Assembly (NCBI GenBank): GCA_964016885.1
Contig: OZ024741.1
Location: 132,184,001 to 132,248,000, forward strand
Direction: 5' to 3'
Length of the DNA stretch: 64,000 bases
From: Eledone cirrhosa
Taxonomy: Eukaryota
The translations under genes and the position numbers were made by a program. Position 1 is the stretch's first letter, and every line of letters starts with the position of its first letter. Below the pieces are notes generated by a model. It saw only the letters and a list, made by a program, of their open reading frames with translations, was not told where the DNA came from and searched no databases. Below, piece by piece: positions 24,801 to 37,939 of this stretch.

Positions 24801-25127
24801 TTCTTAATGTTATATACATCCTTAGTAATTTTTATCATATATTTTTATTATATATTTTTGTAATACTTCAGTGTATGTACACTCCATATTCTTCGGAGCT
24901 TCCGGCTTGTATCTGCCGATATTACTTCTTGTTGTTTTAATTGCCCTGATGAGTCCTTAATAGGACGAAACATTGTCGGCTAATAAAGACTTTTGATGTA
25001 TTGAAGGCTTCTTTGTTTTACTCTCTTAATTTTTCGGCTCTGTTTAACTACATTGAGCTATACCTTTTACTGTCATTTCTATAATACGAAGAGGGTGTTT
25101 AACTCCAACACACTCCAGTATTTTAAC

Positions 25128-25130
<3 letters not shown>
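21805..25130 (+). mobile_element. 5'-truncated, frameshifted Penelope-like element (same type as 27835-29953) with long AT-rich 3' UTR
   Basis: YYNNALANSGY, YFNPPYNQEVSTNI, KCNCRVSANCPLNGNCLSKNIVY...TYIGSTSNTFKTRFNSH...WDLK, CNLC, LNRKSEIFSSCPH; hammerhead near the 3' end, then (TA)n. Confidence 0.88.
24943..24980 (+). ncRNA. Canonical minimal type I hammerhead ribozyme
   Basis: gcc CTGATGA gtcct-taat-aggac GAAA cattg TC ggc; predicted cleavage after 24977; followed immediately by AATAAA. Confidence 0.9.
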
Positions 25131-25188
<58 letters not shown>

Positions 25189-25542
25189 TTTACATATATA
25201 TATACATACAAATACATATACGTGTTTTGCAACGGGTCACTTTGTGGCTCAATGAAAATGTCGAATAGACGAGGCTATAAGAATGTATTCTATTTTCTCC
25301 TAGTTTATTTTACACCTAATTCTGTTTAGTTCACTGTATCTGGGCGATTACGCTGTCGAAATATTCGATAAATATTCCGTTGCGGCCGACGCGAAGGGCT
25401 AGTTTCGGTTATTTGTTGGAGATTTCTTCATAGAAGCCTCATTCTTATAGCCTGGTCTATTCCATTTTTTATATAGTTAATTATGCTAATTGGGAGAGGA
25501 AATGGTATATATTTTATCTTGTGATTCTATAGACATGTTTTA

Positions 25543-25663
<121 letters not shown>

Positions 25664-25715
25664 TATACCTATATATATATATACCTATATATATATACCT
25701 ATATATATATATATA

Positions 25716-25864
<149 letters not shown>

Positions 25865-25875
25865 ATATATATATA

Positions 25876-25916
<41 letters not shown>

Positions 25917-25926
25917 ATATATATAC

Positions 25927-26048
25927 CTGAAGGCGTGTGGCTGAGTGGTTAGGGAATTGGATTCGGAATCGTAAGGTTGTGAGTTCGATTCCTGGACCAG
26001 GTGATGCGTTATGTCCTTGAGCAAGACACTTTATTTCACGTTGCTCCT
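25927..26048 (+). mobile_element. tRNA-derived CORE-type SINE, 5' part
   Basis: A-box TGGCTGAGTGG, B-box GAGTTCGATTCC, then the CORE-like tgtccttgagcaagacactt. Confidence 0.8.
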
Positions 26049-26215
26049 TCTACCTGGAGTTGCGACCGATAGATAGTATTAGCAATTGGAAAGACCAACG
26101 GAAACATTGTTCCCTCGGTCTGATTTGACGAAAGTCGATCGTTCCTTTATATATATATATATATACCTATATATATATATATACCTATATATATATATGC
26201 CTATATATATATATG

Positions 26216-26345
<130 letters not shown>

Positions 26346-26347
26346 CC

Positions 26348-26395
<48 letters not shown>

Positions 26396-26408
26396 TATAT
26401 ATATATAT

Positions 26409-26452
<44 letters not shown>

Positions 26453-26523
26453 GTATATATATATATATACCTATATATATATATATATACCTATATATAT
26501 ATATATATACCTATATATATATG

Positions 26524-26601
<78 letters not shown>

Positions 26602-26606
26602 CATAC

Positions 26607-26715
<109 letters not shown>

Positions 26716-26765
26716 CCTATATATATATATATATATACCTATATATTTATATATATATACCTATA

Positions 26766-26840
<75 letters not shown>

Positions 26841-26939
26841 TTTCTGAATTTGTTTAGCAAGATTCTTTATATGAAAACGTGTGTTGAAACCGATATTGTT
26901 ATTACTTTGGAAGGGTCATGTTGGCAATAAGAAACACAC

Positions 26940-27392
26940 GCACAAGTTGGTTTAGAATAGAAAGAACTAGGAATAAGGCTAATAGAATAAACTCATGGTA
27001 TGATAGCAATAAATACCAGAGTGTAATGCTCATCGATACAACCCCTAGAGGTGAATTAGCTTACAAATTTAGAAGGGCCCTAGATAAACATAAACTCAAT
27101 ATTAAGATAGTAGAAAGACCAGGTACCTCCATAAAAACACTTATTAGCAATACATACCCTTTCCAAAGACCTCCCTGTATAGATAAGAAATGTATAATCT
27201 GTAAATTAAGCCCCCATATTAACTGTAAAACTAGAAATGTAGTATATAGCATAAGATGTGCATAGTTGAGACATCTCGTAGTATAGGGGAACGGATAAAT
27301 GAACACTGGCGAGACCTTCAAGATAGTAAAGAATCATCTGTACTCTACCAACATGCTAAAATAAAACATAAATATAAATTAGAGAACATAAA
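26940..27392 (+). mobile_element. Penelope-like fragment related to the 14848-17070 element
   Basis: SWYDSNKYQSVM...CIDKKCIICK...CKTRNVVYSIRC / ETSRSIGERINEH...VLYQHAK; small internal deletion across YIG. Confidence 0.85.
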
Positions 27393-27422
27393 TATATATA
27401 TATATACTTATATATATATGTA

Positions 27423-27513
<91 letters not shown>

Positions 27514-27540
27514 ATATATATATAGTAATAATAATAAATT

Positions 27541-30500
27541 TGAAGACTAAAATCCAAAGAGGGCTCGATAAGGATAAATATATATCAAATATATAAGAAC
27601 CGTAGAGCAAATATTTATTAAAATAACAGATTAAAGTTTAAGCAAAGAATCGCTGCTTTCACCCTTAACGGGATCTTCTGAAACTAACAAAGTCAATCTG
27701 TAAACGCAGAAGTGGATATTTCAAAAAACGTTGCAACCGGAGGAAGACGGGAAGAAGATACTTTGGTTCGTGGAAACGTTCCATTATTACTATTTGGCTC
27801 CCTCGGTTGAGCACTCTATTGACTTATATTCATCATGCAGAAACAACATCTGAATATTTCTACAAAGAACATACCCGTTCCAAGCAGGAAAACATACCTA
27901 AAACTCCTGATACAGAAAACAGACGCGTTCATTAAAAGGTTGCATTGGCGTGCCTTTTATTTCGATAATCCGCGAACAGCAGACAACAAACAGGATAAAT
28001 TTGGGTTTAAAAACTATAATAACCCCCTGTGTAACCCAGCATTGCTACCCTTCGAAAATGATGTCTTGGAACTCATACGGAGTATCAAATTTCGGAATAG
28101 GAACAATTCCTTCCAGCAGGACCTGAAGAATAGAATTCGTTCTATTAAGGATGCTAATGCCGTGCACGTCCATTCCGACAAAACTGGCAACCTATATCAA
28201 GTGAAGCGCAGTACTTACCATCAACTACTACATAATGTTGTAACTAAGGATTACCGTAAAACTAATCGGTGCGTCATCAATGAAATCAACGATGCTGGGT
28301 TTAAAATCACATCTGATCTCAACATCCTGGACCAGACCGAACCTCTGGACCCTATTTCTCCCCACTTTACCCTGAAGGATCACAAATCCAATTTTCCGAA
28401 CAACCCCTCTATTCGGCTTATTAATCCTACGAAGTCCGATTTGGGTAGACTTAGTAAAACGATTCTTGATATAATTATACCTGAAATTAGAAGTTTGGCC
28501 CCTCTTGCACTGTGGAACAATTCTTTCGCGGTGATTGATTGGTTCAACGGCATATGTAACAAGGAACATTGCCGTTTTATCCAATTCGACATCAACAATT
28601 ACTACTCCTCCATCACTTTACCACTTCTCCTTAGAGCTATCAATTTCGCTAAAACACTCACAATGGTTAAGGATTTCGAAGTTGATGTCATCCTCAATGC
28701 CCGTAAGTCGGTGATTAATTTCGACGACTCTATTTGGATTAAAAAATCCAATAGTACCCCCATTCGACGTGAGTATGGGCGCCAGCGATTCTGCGGAGGT
28801 TACTGATCTTATCGGCCTTTTCCTTCTTTTCTCTATCAAGGACGAATTCCCCAACGCGGGCGGTGGTTTGTACCGTGATGATGGTCTTTTGACCATGACT
28901 AAGTGCGGACCTCGTGCTTGCGACAGGTTCAGAAAAGAACTCACAGCCTTCTTTAAAGGCTTCAACCTCTCTATACAGGTTGAGGCTAATTTCTCGGTCG
29001 TTAATTACCTCGACGTTACCCTCAATTTATTGAATGGGTTGTTTTACCCGTATAGAAAGCCGAATGATACGCTTAATTACATAAGTAAGCATTCCAACCA
29101 TCCTGCCAGCATAACCAAGAACCTGGTAAGAAACGTTTCGTTGGGGCTTTCCCGTCTATCTACTAACGAGCATATTGTCAACGACCATTCCACTTATTAC
29201 AATGAAGCTCTTGCTCGGAGTGGATTTGTCGATAAGGTAGCATATACAGAGTACGAAAATAGACCTAGAAGAATTAGATCCCGTCGCATTTGTTGGTATA
29301 ACCCACCATATAATATGGAGGTGGCCACACCATTAGCTAAGATCTTTCTTTCCCTTATTACGAAGCATTTTCCCCCTACACATACATATAGTAACATTTT
29401 TAATAGAAATACTATTAAAATTTCTTACTCTACGACTCCTAACCTTGCACATAACATCACAGCTTCAAATTTAGCTAAACTACCTAGCCGTAGGAACACG
29501 TGCAACCCTGTAGTTAGTACTAACTGTAATTGTAGGAATCGGGTTGACTGACCCCTATCAGGGAAATGCCTCTCTAGTAACATTGTCTACAAATGTAAGG
29601 TTGAAACACCCACGTCCCGTAGGGCCTACACAGGGTTAACCGCCTATAGATTCACGCAGCGTCTTTACATGCATACCCATTCTTTTCGTTACCCTCTAAG
29701 AAGGAATATGACGTCACTTTCAACTTATATCTGGAGTCTAAAAGACAACCACACCCAATATAAGTTACACTGGGAGATCCTAGCTAGGGCTAGATCGTAT
29801 AACGGAAATAAAAGACCATGTGACCTCTGCGCCGCTGAGGCCCTGGAAATACTCTACGCCACAGACCACATCTTAAACAAAAAATCTGAGGCAATTTCGA
29901 CTTGTAAACATAAATTGCACAAAACTTTCCTGTATTACAGCCCCACGTTATAGCCTAACGGATAGTACGATCTATACGTGGATATTTTACGTCTTGGTGA
30001 GGTAGCTAAGTATATGTTTTGTTTATACCATTACTTATTTGCATAGGTAAGTATATATTACCTGTATGTTTTGTGAAGGTACGATTACCTTCTCGTACGT
30101 ATATTTGATTGTATATGTTATGGCGTATAATTTTATATTTTCTGTTACATATGGTTTGGTTATGTGTATACGGGTGTTTTGCGTCTGTGTGAGTATGCAG
30201 GTTCGTACGTATGTAGGGTGTGTGTATATGTGTACTTCATGTTTTGGTTGACTTACGTCTCCGAACATTCGTGTATTTATATGTAGGTATGTGTGTGCGC
30301 TTGTTATATACTTATTTATTTATTTATATACGTTTATTTAATTATTTATTTATTTGTATACACGCATACACACACACACATATTTATATGTGCGTGGTTT
30401 TGTATACCTATGGTAAGTGTTTTCGCGTATGCTTGTGTATGTACGTATTTGTATGCGTGTATGTATTTATTTAATTTCTATTACCTCTGTTTTGTATTTA

Positions 30501-30975
30501 TTTACTTTGTTCTTAACTCTGAAGCGGAGATTCATTCGATCTCCTAGTTAGAATTTTAGTCTACGACTTCTGCAATACCATTTACGTGGTTTTGTCTTTG
30601 CGTGCAATTGTTCTCCACGCTCCACATATGACGTATTATCTTCGTTTTTTTCGTTCATTGCCAGAGAACGTCTCTATGAACCACCGAAGACAACATTAGT
30701 CTACGACCTCTTTTATACCATAAACGTGGTTCTGTCTTTGCGGGTAATTGTTTTTCACCAATCCAAATAATGACGTATTATATTCGTTTTTTCCCGTTCT
30801 TTGCCAGGGAACGTTTCCACGAACCAAAGTATCGTCTTCCTGTCTTCTTCCGGTTGCAACGTTTTTTGAAATATCCACTTCTGCGTTTACAGATTAACTT
30901 TGTTATTTTCAGAAGATCCCGTTAAGGGTGAAAGCAGCGATTCTTTGCTTAAACTTTTATCTGTTATTTGAATAA

Positions 30976-30980
<5 letters not shown>
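27541..30980 (+). mobile_element. Near full-length Penelope-like element (probably Hydra clade) with an inverted upstream pseudo-LTR, inserted in (TA)n
   Basis: ~170-bp inverted repeats at 27613-27782 and 30808-30977; RT-GIY-YIG ORF between them; (TA)n or TA-rich sequence on both sides. Confidence 0.9.
27835..29953 (+). pseudogene. PLE RT-GIY-YIG ORF (~705 codons) with one +1 frameshift (C run 28757-28761) and one in-frame TGA (29549-29551)
   Basis: STKNIPVPS, SDKTGNLY, TLKDHK, RLINPTKS, FIQFDI..YYSSI, FDVSMG, GLYRDDGL, NYLDVTL, WYNPPY, CNCR, NIVY..AYTG, CDLC, CKH. Confidence 0.88.
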
Positions 30981-31006
<26 letters not shown>

Positions 31007-31500
31007 CCTATATACCTATATATATATATATATACCTATATATATATGTGTGTGTTTATGTGTGTGTATAATTCAAATGTAAAAAATATATATGTAGAAA
31101 GAGACAGAAAGGACCATATATCTAAGAGAATACACAATATATTGTATATATACTCAAAGTACATATTTCAAAGAAAAATATGTACTCTAGATTGAAGCAT
31201 ACATGCATGTTTTGCTTTTGAATTATTATATCTCTGGATAAAGTCTATTTTTATTGAGAAGCTCAAAATTCAAACATATTTGATGTTTTGATACCACACA
31301 TTTGTGTGTATATATATATATATATATATATAGTTCAAATTACACACTAGCGCCATACCAAACTGCCTCAGAATGAATCAGTTATGGTTAGGAACGCGTA
31401 CAAAGGCGAAAGCACGTTGGACAGATCAATCTAATGCTACTGGCATGGCGCTAGTTTGTAATTTGAACTCGGGAATTTTATATTCTCCGAGAGAGTAAAG

Positions 31501-31579
31501 CCTTCTGACGATGATCTCTTTCTCAATAGATTTCCACTTGGATTGTCTATTTATTTGGGATCTTAAACCGCGGTAAAGG
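31501..31579 (+). ncRNA. Decayed hammerhead motif with long stem II (G12 changed to U)
   Basis: cctt CTGACGA t gatctc...gggatc t tAAA ccgcgg TA aagg; palindromic stem III ACCGCGGT. Confidence 0.6.
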
Positions 31580-31599
31580 CACACATAGTAAGTACAGTT

Positions 31600-32203
<604 letters not shown>

Positions 32204-32280
32204 CACTTTCATATTTTTTTCTATATCTTTTTCTAAATTCATCTTTTTTTCTATATCTCTCTCTATATATATACATATAT

Positions 32281-32890
32281 CATCATCATAATCATCACCG
32301 TTTTACGTCCGTTCTACCACGCTAGCATGGGTTAGACGGGTTGTCCTGTTTTGGGCAGTGTCTGGTCGGCTGACCATGCCTTGCTCATACAGGAACTGAT
32401 TTGGCTTGATTTCTACAGCTGGATGCCCTTCCTAACACCAACCTCATTTACAGTGAGTGCTGGGTGCTTTTTCGTGACGCCTAAACGTCCACTTTACAGT
32501 GTGGGCTGGGTGCTTTTTTGCCGTGGCACCTCCACGACCACCTTGCAGTGGGGGGTATGGGGGCATATTGTCTATATGCTTCAGCTTGTACCCATGGGTG
32601 GCCGGGTACTCTGTATTACTGCGTGACGCCAGAGGTCACGGTCATGTGTCATCGCCTTTGAGAGGTGTAATTGGGTAAGGTCGGCTTTTATCACCTCATC
32701 CCAGGTCATCTTGGGTCTCCCTACTCCGCGGTTTCCATCGACTTCCAGTGTTCTGCACCTTTTTATGCAGCTGTCATCCTTCATACGTATCACATGTCCA
32801 TACCAACGCAACCGCCTCTCCTGCACACAGTATTTGATTCATCTTATGCTCAGTCTCTCTCTCAATTCATTTATGCTTTGTCGTTCGCGT
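32281..32890 (-). mobile_element. RTE-clade LINE 3' end
   Basis: [14 protein letters not shown]...[20 protein letters not shown]...DRDLWR, a 3' UTR and a (TGA)n-like tail. Confidence 0.88.
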
Positions 32891-32894
32891 ATAT

Positions 32895-33000
32895 TACTAT
32901 TACACATATATTACTATTATACTATATGTATATATACATACACACACACATATAGATATATGTATATATATATGTATATATATGTATATACATATATATG

Positions 33001-33044
<44 letters not shown>

Positions 33045-33059
33045 TGTATATATATATAC

Positions 33060-33110
<51 letters not shown>

Positions 33111-33346
33111 TATGTATATATATATATATACATATATATGTATATATATATATATATACATATATATGTATATATATATATATACATATATATGTATATA
33201 TATACATATATACATATATATGTATATATATATATGTATATATATATACATATATATATATATATTCATTACTATATATATATATATATATATATATTTA
33301 TTTATTACTATATATATATATTTATTACTATATATATATGTATATA

Positions 33347-33377
<31 letters not shown>

Positions 33378-33404
33378 GTATATATATATACATATATATG
33401 TATG

Positions 33405-33484
<80 letters not shown>

Positions 33485-33487
33485 CAT
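32895..33487. repeat. (TA)n/(TACA)/(TATG) microsatellite
   Basis: Directly visible. Confidence 0.95.
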
Positions 33488-33859
33488 TTAAAAGGACACT
33501 ACCATAAAGTGAACAGTGTTTTAATTGTTATAATAAATATATATTTAGCATTTACATTAATCTATATTTACTATTGTATTTTCACTGTAAACACTTTATT
33601 TCACATTATTCTCTCACATAATATCGAATCTACGCTATGTTGAATATTATTTATTTTGAGAACAATACCTTAACATCAGTATGAAGGGTCAGTTGTGGCC
33701 GGTTTTAGCAGAAAGAGGTGAAATAATTATACCCAGATACGGCCGGTTTAAATGCTAAAGCGTTAAACCTCTGTTGGGCAACCTCCATTAAACATTTAAC
33801 TACTTTACAATTTAGCAGCTTCAATAATAGACAATTTCCTTGCTACAGATACCAATTCT

Positions 33860-34075
33860 TCTTCGCCATGATTATCTCCGACAAGGTCAGTAATTTAAAG
33901 GGAAAGAGAAAGTCGATTACATCTACCCTATTGCGTTACTGGTACTTCATTTTATCGACACCGTAAGGATGAAAGGGAGAGCTAACTTCCGAGGGATTTG
34001 AACTTAGAACATAGAAAATCGTAACAAAATACCGCAAAACACTTTGTTGGACGCTTTGCCGATATTGCCAATCGA
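33860..34075 (-). mobile_element. tRNA-derived SINE, decayed
   Basis: ctggtacttcattttatcgacaccgtaaggatgaaagg...gatttgaac. Confidence 0.75.
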
Positions 34076-34499
34076 ACATCTAACAAAGTTGGTAATAAAA
34101 TACTTAATGTAGAGAACAGTAACAAGTTAATTAGAAATATTTGTGAAGTGAGGAGAAGACAAAATGAACGCAATGTCATACCAATATTATTTTGATGATT
34201 TCAGCAATTAAGGGACATTCCTCGATGAAGTGTACTTCATACTTGCTGAAGTAATACTTATGAAATTATTAAATCGATATACAATGTTGTGCTAGAGGCA
34301 GATTTATTCAAAAGAAAATGATTGGGGTTAACTACTTAGAGACGTCATCCACATGAAACATAATAGCTAAGTTAGTATAACAATCAATTAGAAATATTTA
34401 TATGGTGAGGAAACGATAACAATATCTTAATATTTGAATAATTTTGGCATGTATGGGGACAATTGTTGACATGTTTCGTTTTTTACTATACTTCGTTAC

Positions 34500-34715
34500 A
34501 GGGCGTGGGATTGATAGTATTGGTAGAAAGTCGGACACCATGCTGTGTGGCATACAGTTACGGCACTTTACGGTCTCAATTCAAATCCCGCCGAGGTTAG
34601 CTTTGCCTTTCATTCTTACGGGGTCGATAAAATAAAATGCCAGCAACGCACTAGAGCAAATTTAAACGACTTTTTCCTCTCCTAAAATTGTTGGCCTGTG
34701 CCTAAATCAAAAGCT
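34500..34715 (+). mobile_element. tRNA-derived SINE
   Basis: ttcaaatcccgccgagg...tttgcctttcattcttacggggtcgataaaata. Confidence 0.8.
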
Positions 34716-35167
34716 ATTATATCTCGTCACCTAAGCATAGATTTCCCCGTATCGCTGAGAGACAGGCTAAGTAGATGAAAAATATTGTATAAGAGTGGCC
34801 ATCAGAAATTGTAAATAGTTTGTTGGTGTGGCTATTGTTTTGTTAGTCACATGTCAGCTCTGATCGAGCAGATTTGTGGTACGCGAATAGCTGGCCGAAC
34901 GATTAAGTATTCCCATTAGATCTGCTGCGCTGAAAAAGAAAAGAATAATACCCCTACAAAATACCCCCCCCCCCCCCTAAAAAAACACAAAACAAAACAA
35001 AAATATATCTCTGCATATGTGGGTGCTATAGTGTACATTCTGATATGCAGGGATGAAAGAAACCTCGAAACAGTCGTTCAACTTGCTATCCTTAGTAAGC
35101 AGGGCTATTTCATTAGAGTTATGTGTCTTCAATGTCAGCACAATACAAGATAATAAATATTATTATC

Positions 35168-35342
35168 TGGTGGATCGGCAGTATCGGTAGAGGATCTGAC
35201 GCCATGCTTTGCAGAAAAGAGTTACGGCCCTTTATGGTCTGACTTCAAATCTCGCCGAGGTTAACTTTGCCTTTCATCCTTACGGGGTCGATAAAATAAA
35301 GCACCAGTAATACACTGGGATAATTGCTGGCCTTGTGCCAAC
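35168..35342 (+). mobile_element. tRNA-derived SINE
   Basis: ggtggatcggcagtatcggtag head, central box, aattgctggccttgtgcc tail. Confidence 0.85.
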
Positions 35343-35627
35343 CTTTATCGTTGTTGTTTTTCCTTGATTCTTCACTAGTGTTGTTGATGTTGGTGTTGTC
35401 GGGTCCAGCCATGTTGTTTGTAGCAAATCCTTGTCAGGTGAATTCAGTAGTTAAACGGATATCTCTAGAATTTCGAATGAAAGATGTCTTCAATAGATAT
35501 CATCCAAAGAATATCCAGTTATTCAACGAGGCTGGTACTTGTGGCATTACTATTGGAGATAGTATTCATCTTAAATTTAATTAATAGTCTCCCACACCAT
35601 ATGTGAGACTGCTCGCGCCGAATGTTA
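35343..35627 (-). mobile_element. 5' UTR and ORF start of a second Dong/R4-type element
   Basis: The reverse complement aligns with 42115-42385 (gtgggagactatt...aaatttaagatgaatactatctcc...caaggatttgctacaaaca..ATGGCT). Adjacent to (TATG)n. Confidence 0.8.
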
Positions 35628-35882
35628 AATTATGTATGTATGTATGTATTTATTTATGTATGTATGTACTTATGTTTATATATATATGTATACGTTTATA
35701 TATATATATATATATATAAAACGCACATGTAGAGACAGGGCTGGTGACGTCAGAATGAGACGAATGTCTGTTTACATGAAACAACAGTCAAAAACATTCC
35801 GAAAAAAAACTCTACATACACTATAGAAACAATTGTTACCTAATAAATTCTATATACGCGCATTTCCATTTCGTAAATTTTT

Positions 35883-35918
<36 letters not shown>

Positions 35919-35955
35919 ATGTGAGAAAAACCACAGACCCTCCAGCTCAACTCTA

Positions 35956-35991
35956 CTTTTGAAAAGCAGAAGAACTGCGAAACCGGTAAAG
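35956..35991 (+). ncRNA. Second copy of the U3:A8 minimal hammerhead motif
   Basis: Identical to 31912-31947, within a homologous ~140-bp repeat (35918-36055). Confidence 0.75.
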
Positions 35992-36126
35992 GAACCAAAT
36001 AAATATATATATTTTTTTTAAAATAAGACTCCAGTTGCATTTTCGATTTCATCTTTTTTCCTTATACTTTCACTCGTGTAGGGCACCTCGGTTATTTTTC
36101 ATTTTGTAAAAAAACCCTCACTTTCT

Positions 36127-36172
<46 letters not shown>

Positions 36173-36177
<5 letters not shown>

Positions 36178-37122
36178 GAAAAGTATAGAAATTATTGTAG
36201 CACGAAGCCAACAGTATTCCATAATATATAAGTGACTATAGCGTCAAAATGGAAAAATAGTTAACGTAAAATGTGGGAAAATAATTCAAACTCAATTCAA
36301 AAAGAATCAGGATATAGATTCATCCACAGAATTTGGTGAAATCCAGGGAAAAATCAATAGAGCCTTAACTCAGAATAAAATAAAGTTTAAAATACTCATC
36401 CTTCAATTTGGAAAAACTACAATGCTCTGTATAGTCTTAAAGACTATTTCACGAAACTTTCAGTGGGGATGGTCACGGTTGGAATCGATCACCAGCAGAG
36501 CTCAAAGACACGATAACCAAAGTTCCACTGTTTATAATATGCCAAAAAGGGAATTTAAAAGCAGGCTAGTTCAACATCATGCGTAATTATGAAGAAAAAC
36601 GCACATGTAGAGACAGGGCTGGTGACGTCAGAATGAGACGAATGTCTCTTTACATGAAACAACAGTCAAAAACATTCCGAAAAAAACTCTACAATATAAG
36701 GAGTTCAGCAAAAGCAATATTATCGCGGGGTTTTTTTTTTGGGGGGGGGGGGGGGTTAAAAAAGACCGGGATTAGTCACAAATAAATTTTAAGCACTCTA
36801 GGAAAGAAATCCGAGTATAAATATAAATGAAAAGTATAGAAATTATTGTAGCACGAAGCCAACAGTATTCCATAATATATAAGTGACTATAGCGTCAAAA
36901 TGGAAAAATAGTTAACGTAAGATGTGGGAAAATAATTCAAACTCAATTCAAAAAGAATCAGGATATAGATTCATCCACAGAATTTGGTGAAATCCAGGGA
37001 AAAATCAATAGAGCCTTAACTCTGAATAAAATAAAGTTTAAAATACTCATCCTTCAATTTGGAAAAACTACAATGCTCTGTATAGTCTTAAAGACTATTT
37101 CACGAAACTTTCAGTGGGGATG
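36173..37122. repeat. Direct repeat of ~300 bp (36173-36472 / 36823-37122), period 650, with (TA)n flanks
   Basis: Near-identical copies; the spacer shares ~95 bp (36598-36692) with 35718-35815. Confidence 0.88.
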
Positions 37123-37754
37123 GATATATATATATGTGTGTGTGTGTGTATGTATGTATGTATATATGTATGTATATATTCGCTCTAGTTTCCTTGTATT
37201 GAATCTTTTTGTCCGTGGCTGATCTAATTAAACCTAAGATTAATGTAATACATTAGCTGTGTGTTTGTGTGAGTGCGAGTGTGTATGTGGATGTGTGTGT
37301 TTGTGTGTGTGTATGTGTGTGTTTGTGTGTGCGAGTGTGTTTGTATGAGTGTGTGTGTGTGCATTTAGAGTCCGTGTGTGTGTGTTTGCGTGTGAGCGCG
37401 CTTCTAACAGTTTCTCTTTCATGCACATTATTGGTGAATGGAAATCGGAAAATAATCACTATTTAATAGATCTTATCATGGATGATTGGATACGTCACTC
37501 GTTTGAGCGGATTCTTCTTTAAATCATTGAACCGCAAACTTTTCCTTCCGTAAGCCCCGACTCCACCTCGTCTAATAAACAATAAAGAAACAATGGACGA
37601 GCAGTGGAAGGATCAGTAAAGAAGCAATGGTTCCTAACATGCTGTAAGATGGCGGTGATTTAATAGAATTTACACAAATCCGCTTATTAATCACATTAAT
37701 ATTATTTATTTATTTGTTTATTTATTTATTTATTTAATTTATTGTTATTCCTGA

Positions 37755-37915
37755 AGGCGGTGAATTGGCAGAGTCGTCAGAAGGTCGGATAGAATGCTTT
37801 GCGATGTTCATTTCGGTTCTCTAGTCTCTGAGTTCAAATTTCGCCGAGGTCAACTTTGCCTTTCATCCATTCAAGATAGATAAAAAAAAAGTACCAGTCT
37901 AGTACTGGGATCGAT
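37755..37915 (+). mobile_element. tRNA-derived SINE
   Basis: ggcggtgaattggcagag...gagttcaaatttcgccgaggtcaactttgcctttcatcc. Confidence 0.8.
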
Positions 37916-37939
37916 TCTTTTTCTATATCCGACGACTTG

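Noticed and set aside
25255-25470. Imperfect ~30-bp inverted arms with a possible minus-strand hammerhead relic
   Set aside because: Core and stems are too degenerate to call.
25933-26005. tRNA gene
   Set aside because: Runs directly into a CORE-like SINE body, so it is a SINE head.
35324-35584. 86-aa ORF with a hydrophobic N-terminus, considered as a secreted peptide or bursicon alpha
   Set aside because: It is a SINE tail plus the antisense of a Dong/R4 5' UTR; no cystine-knot pattern.
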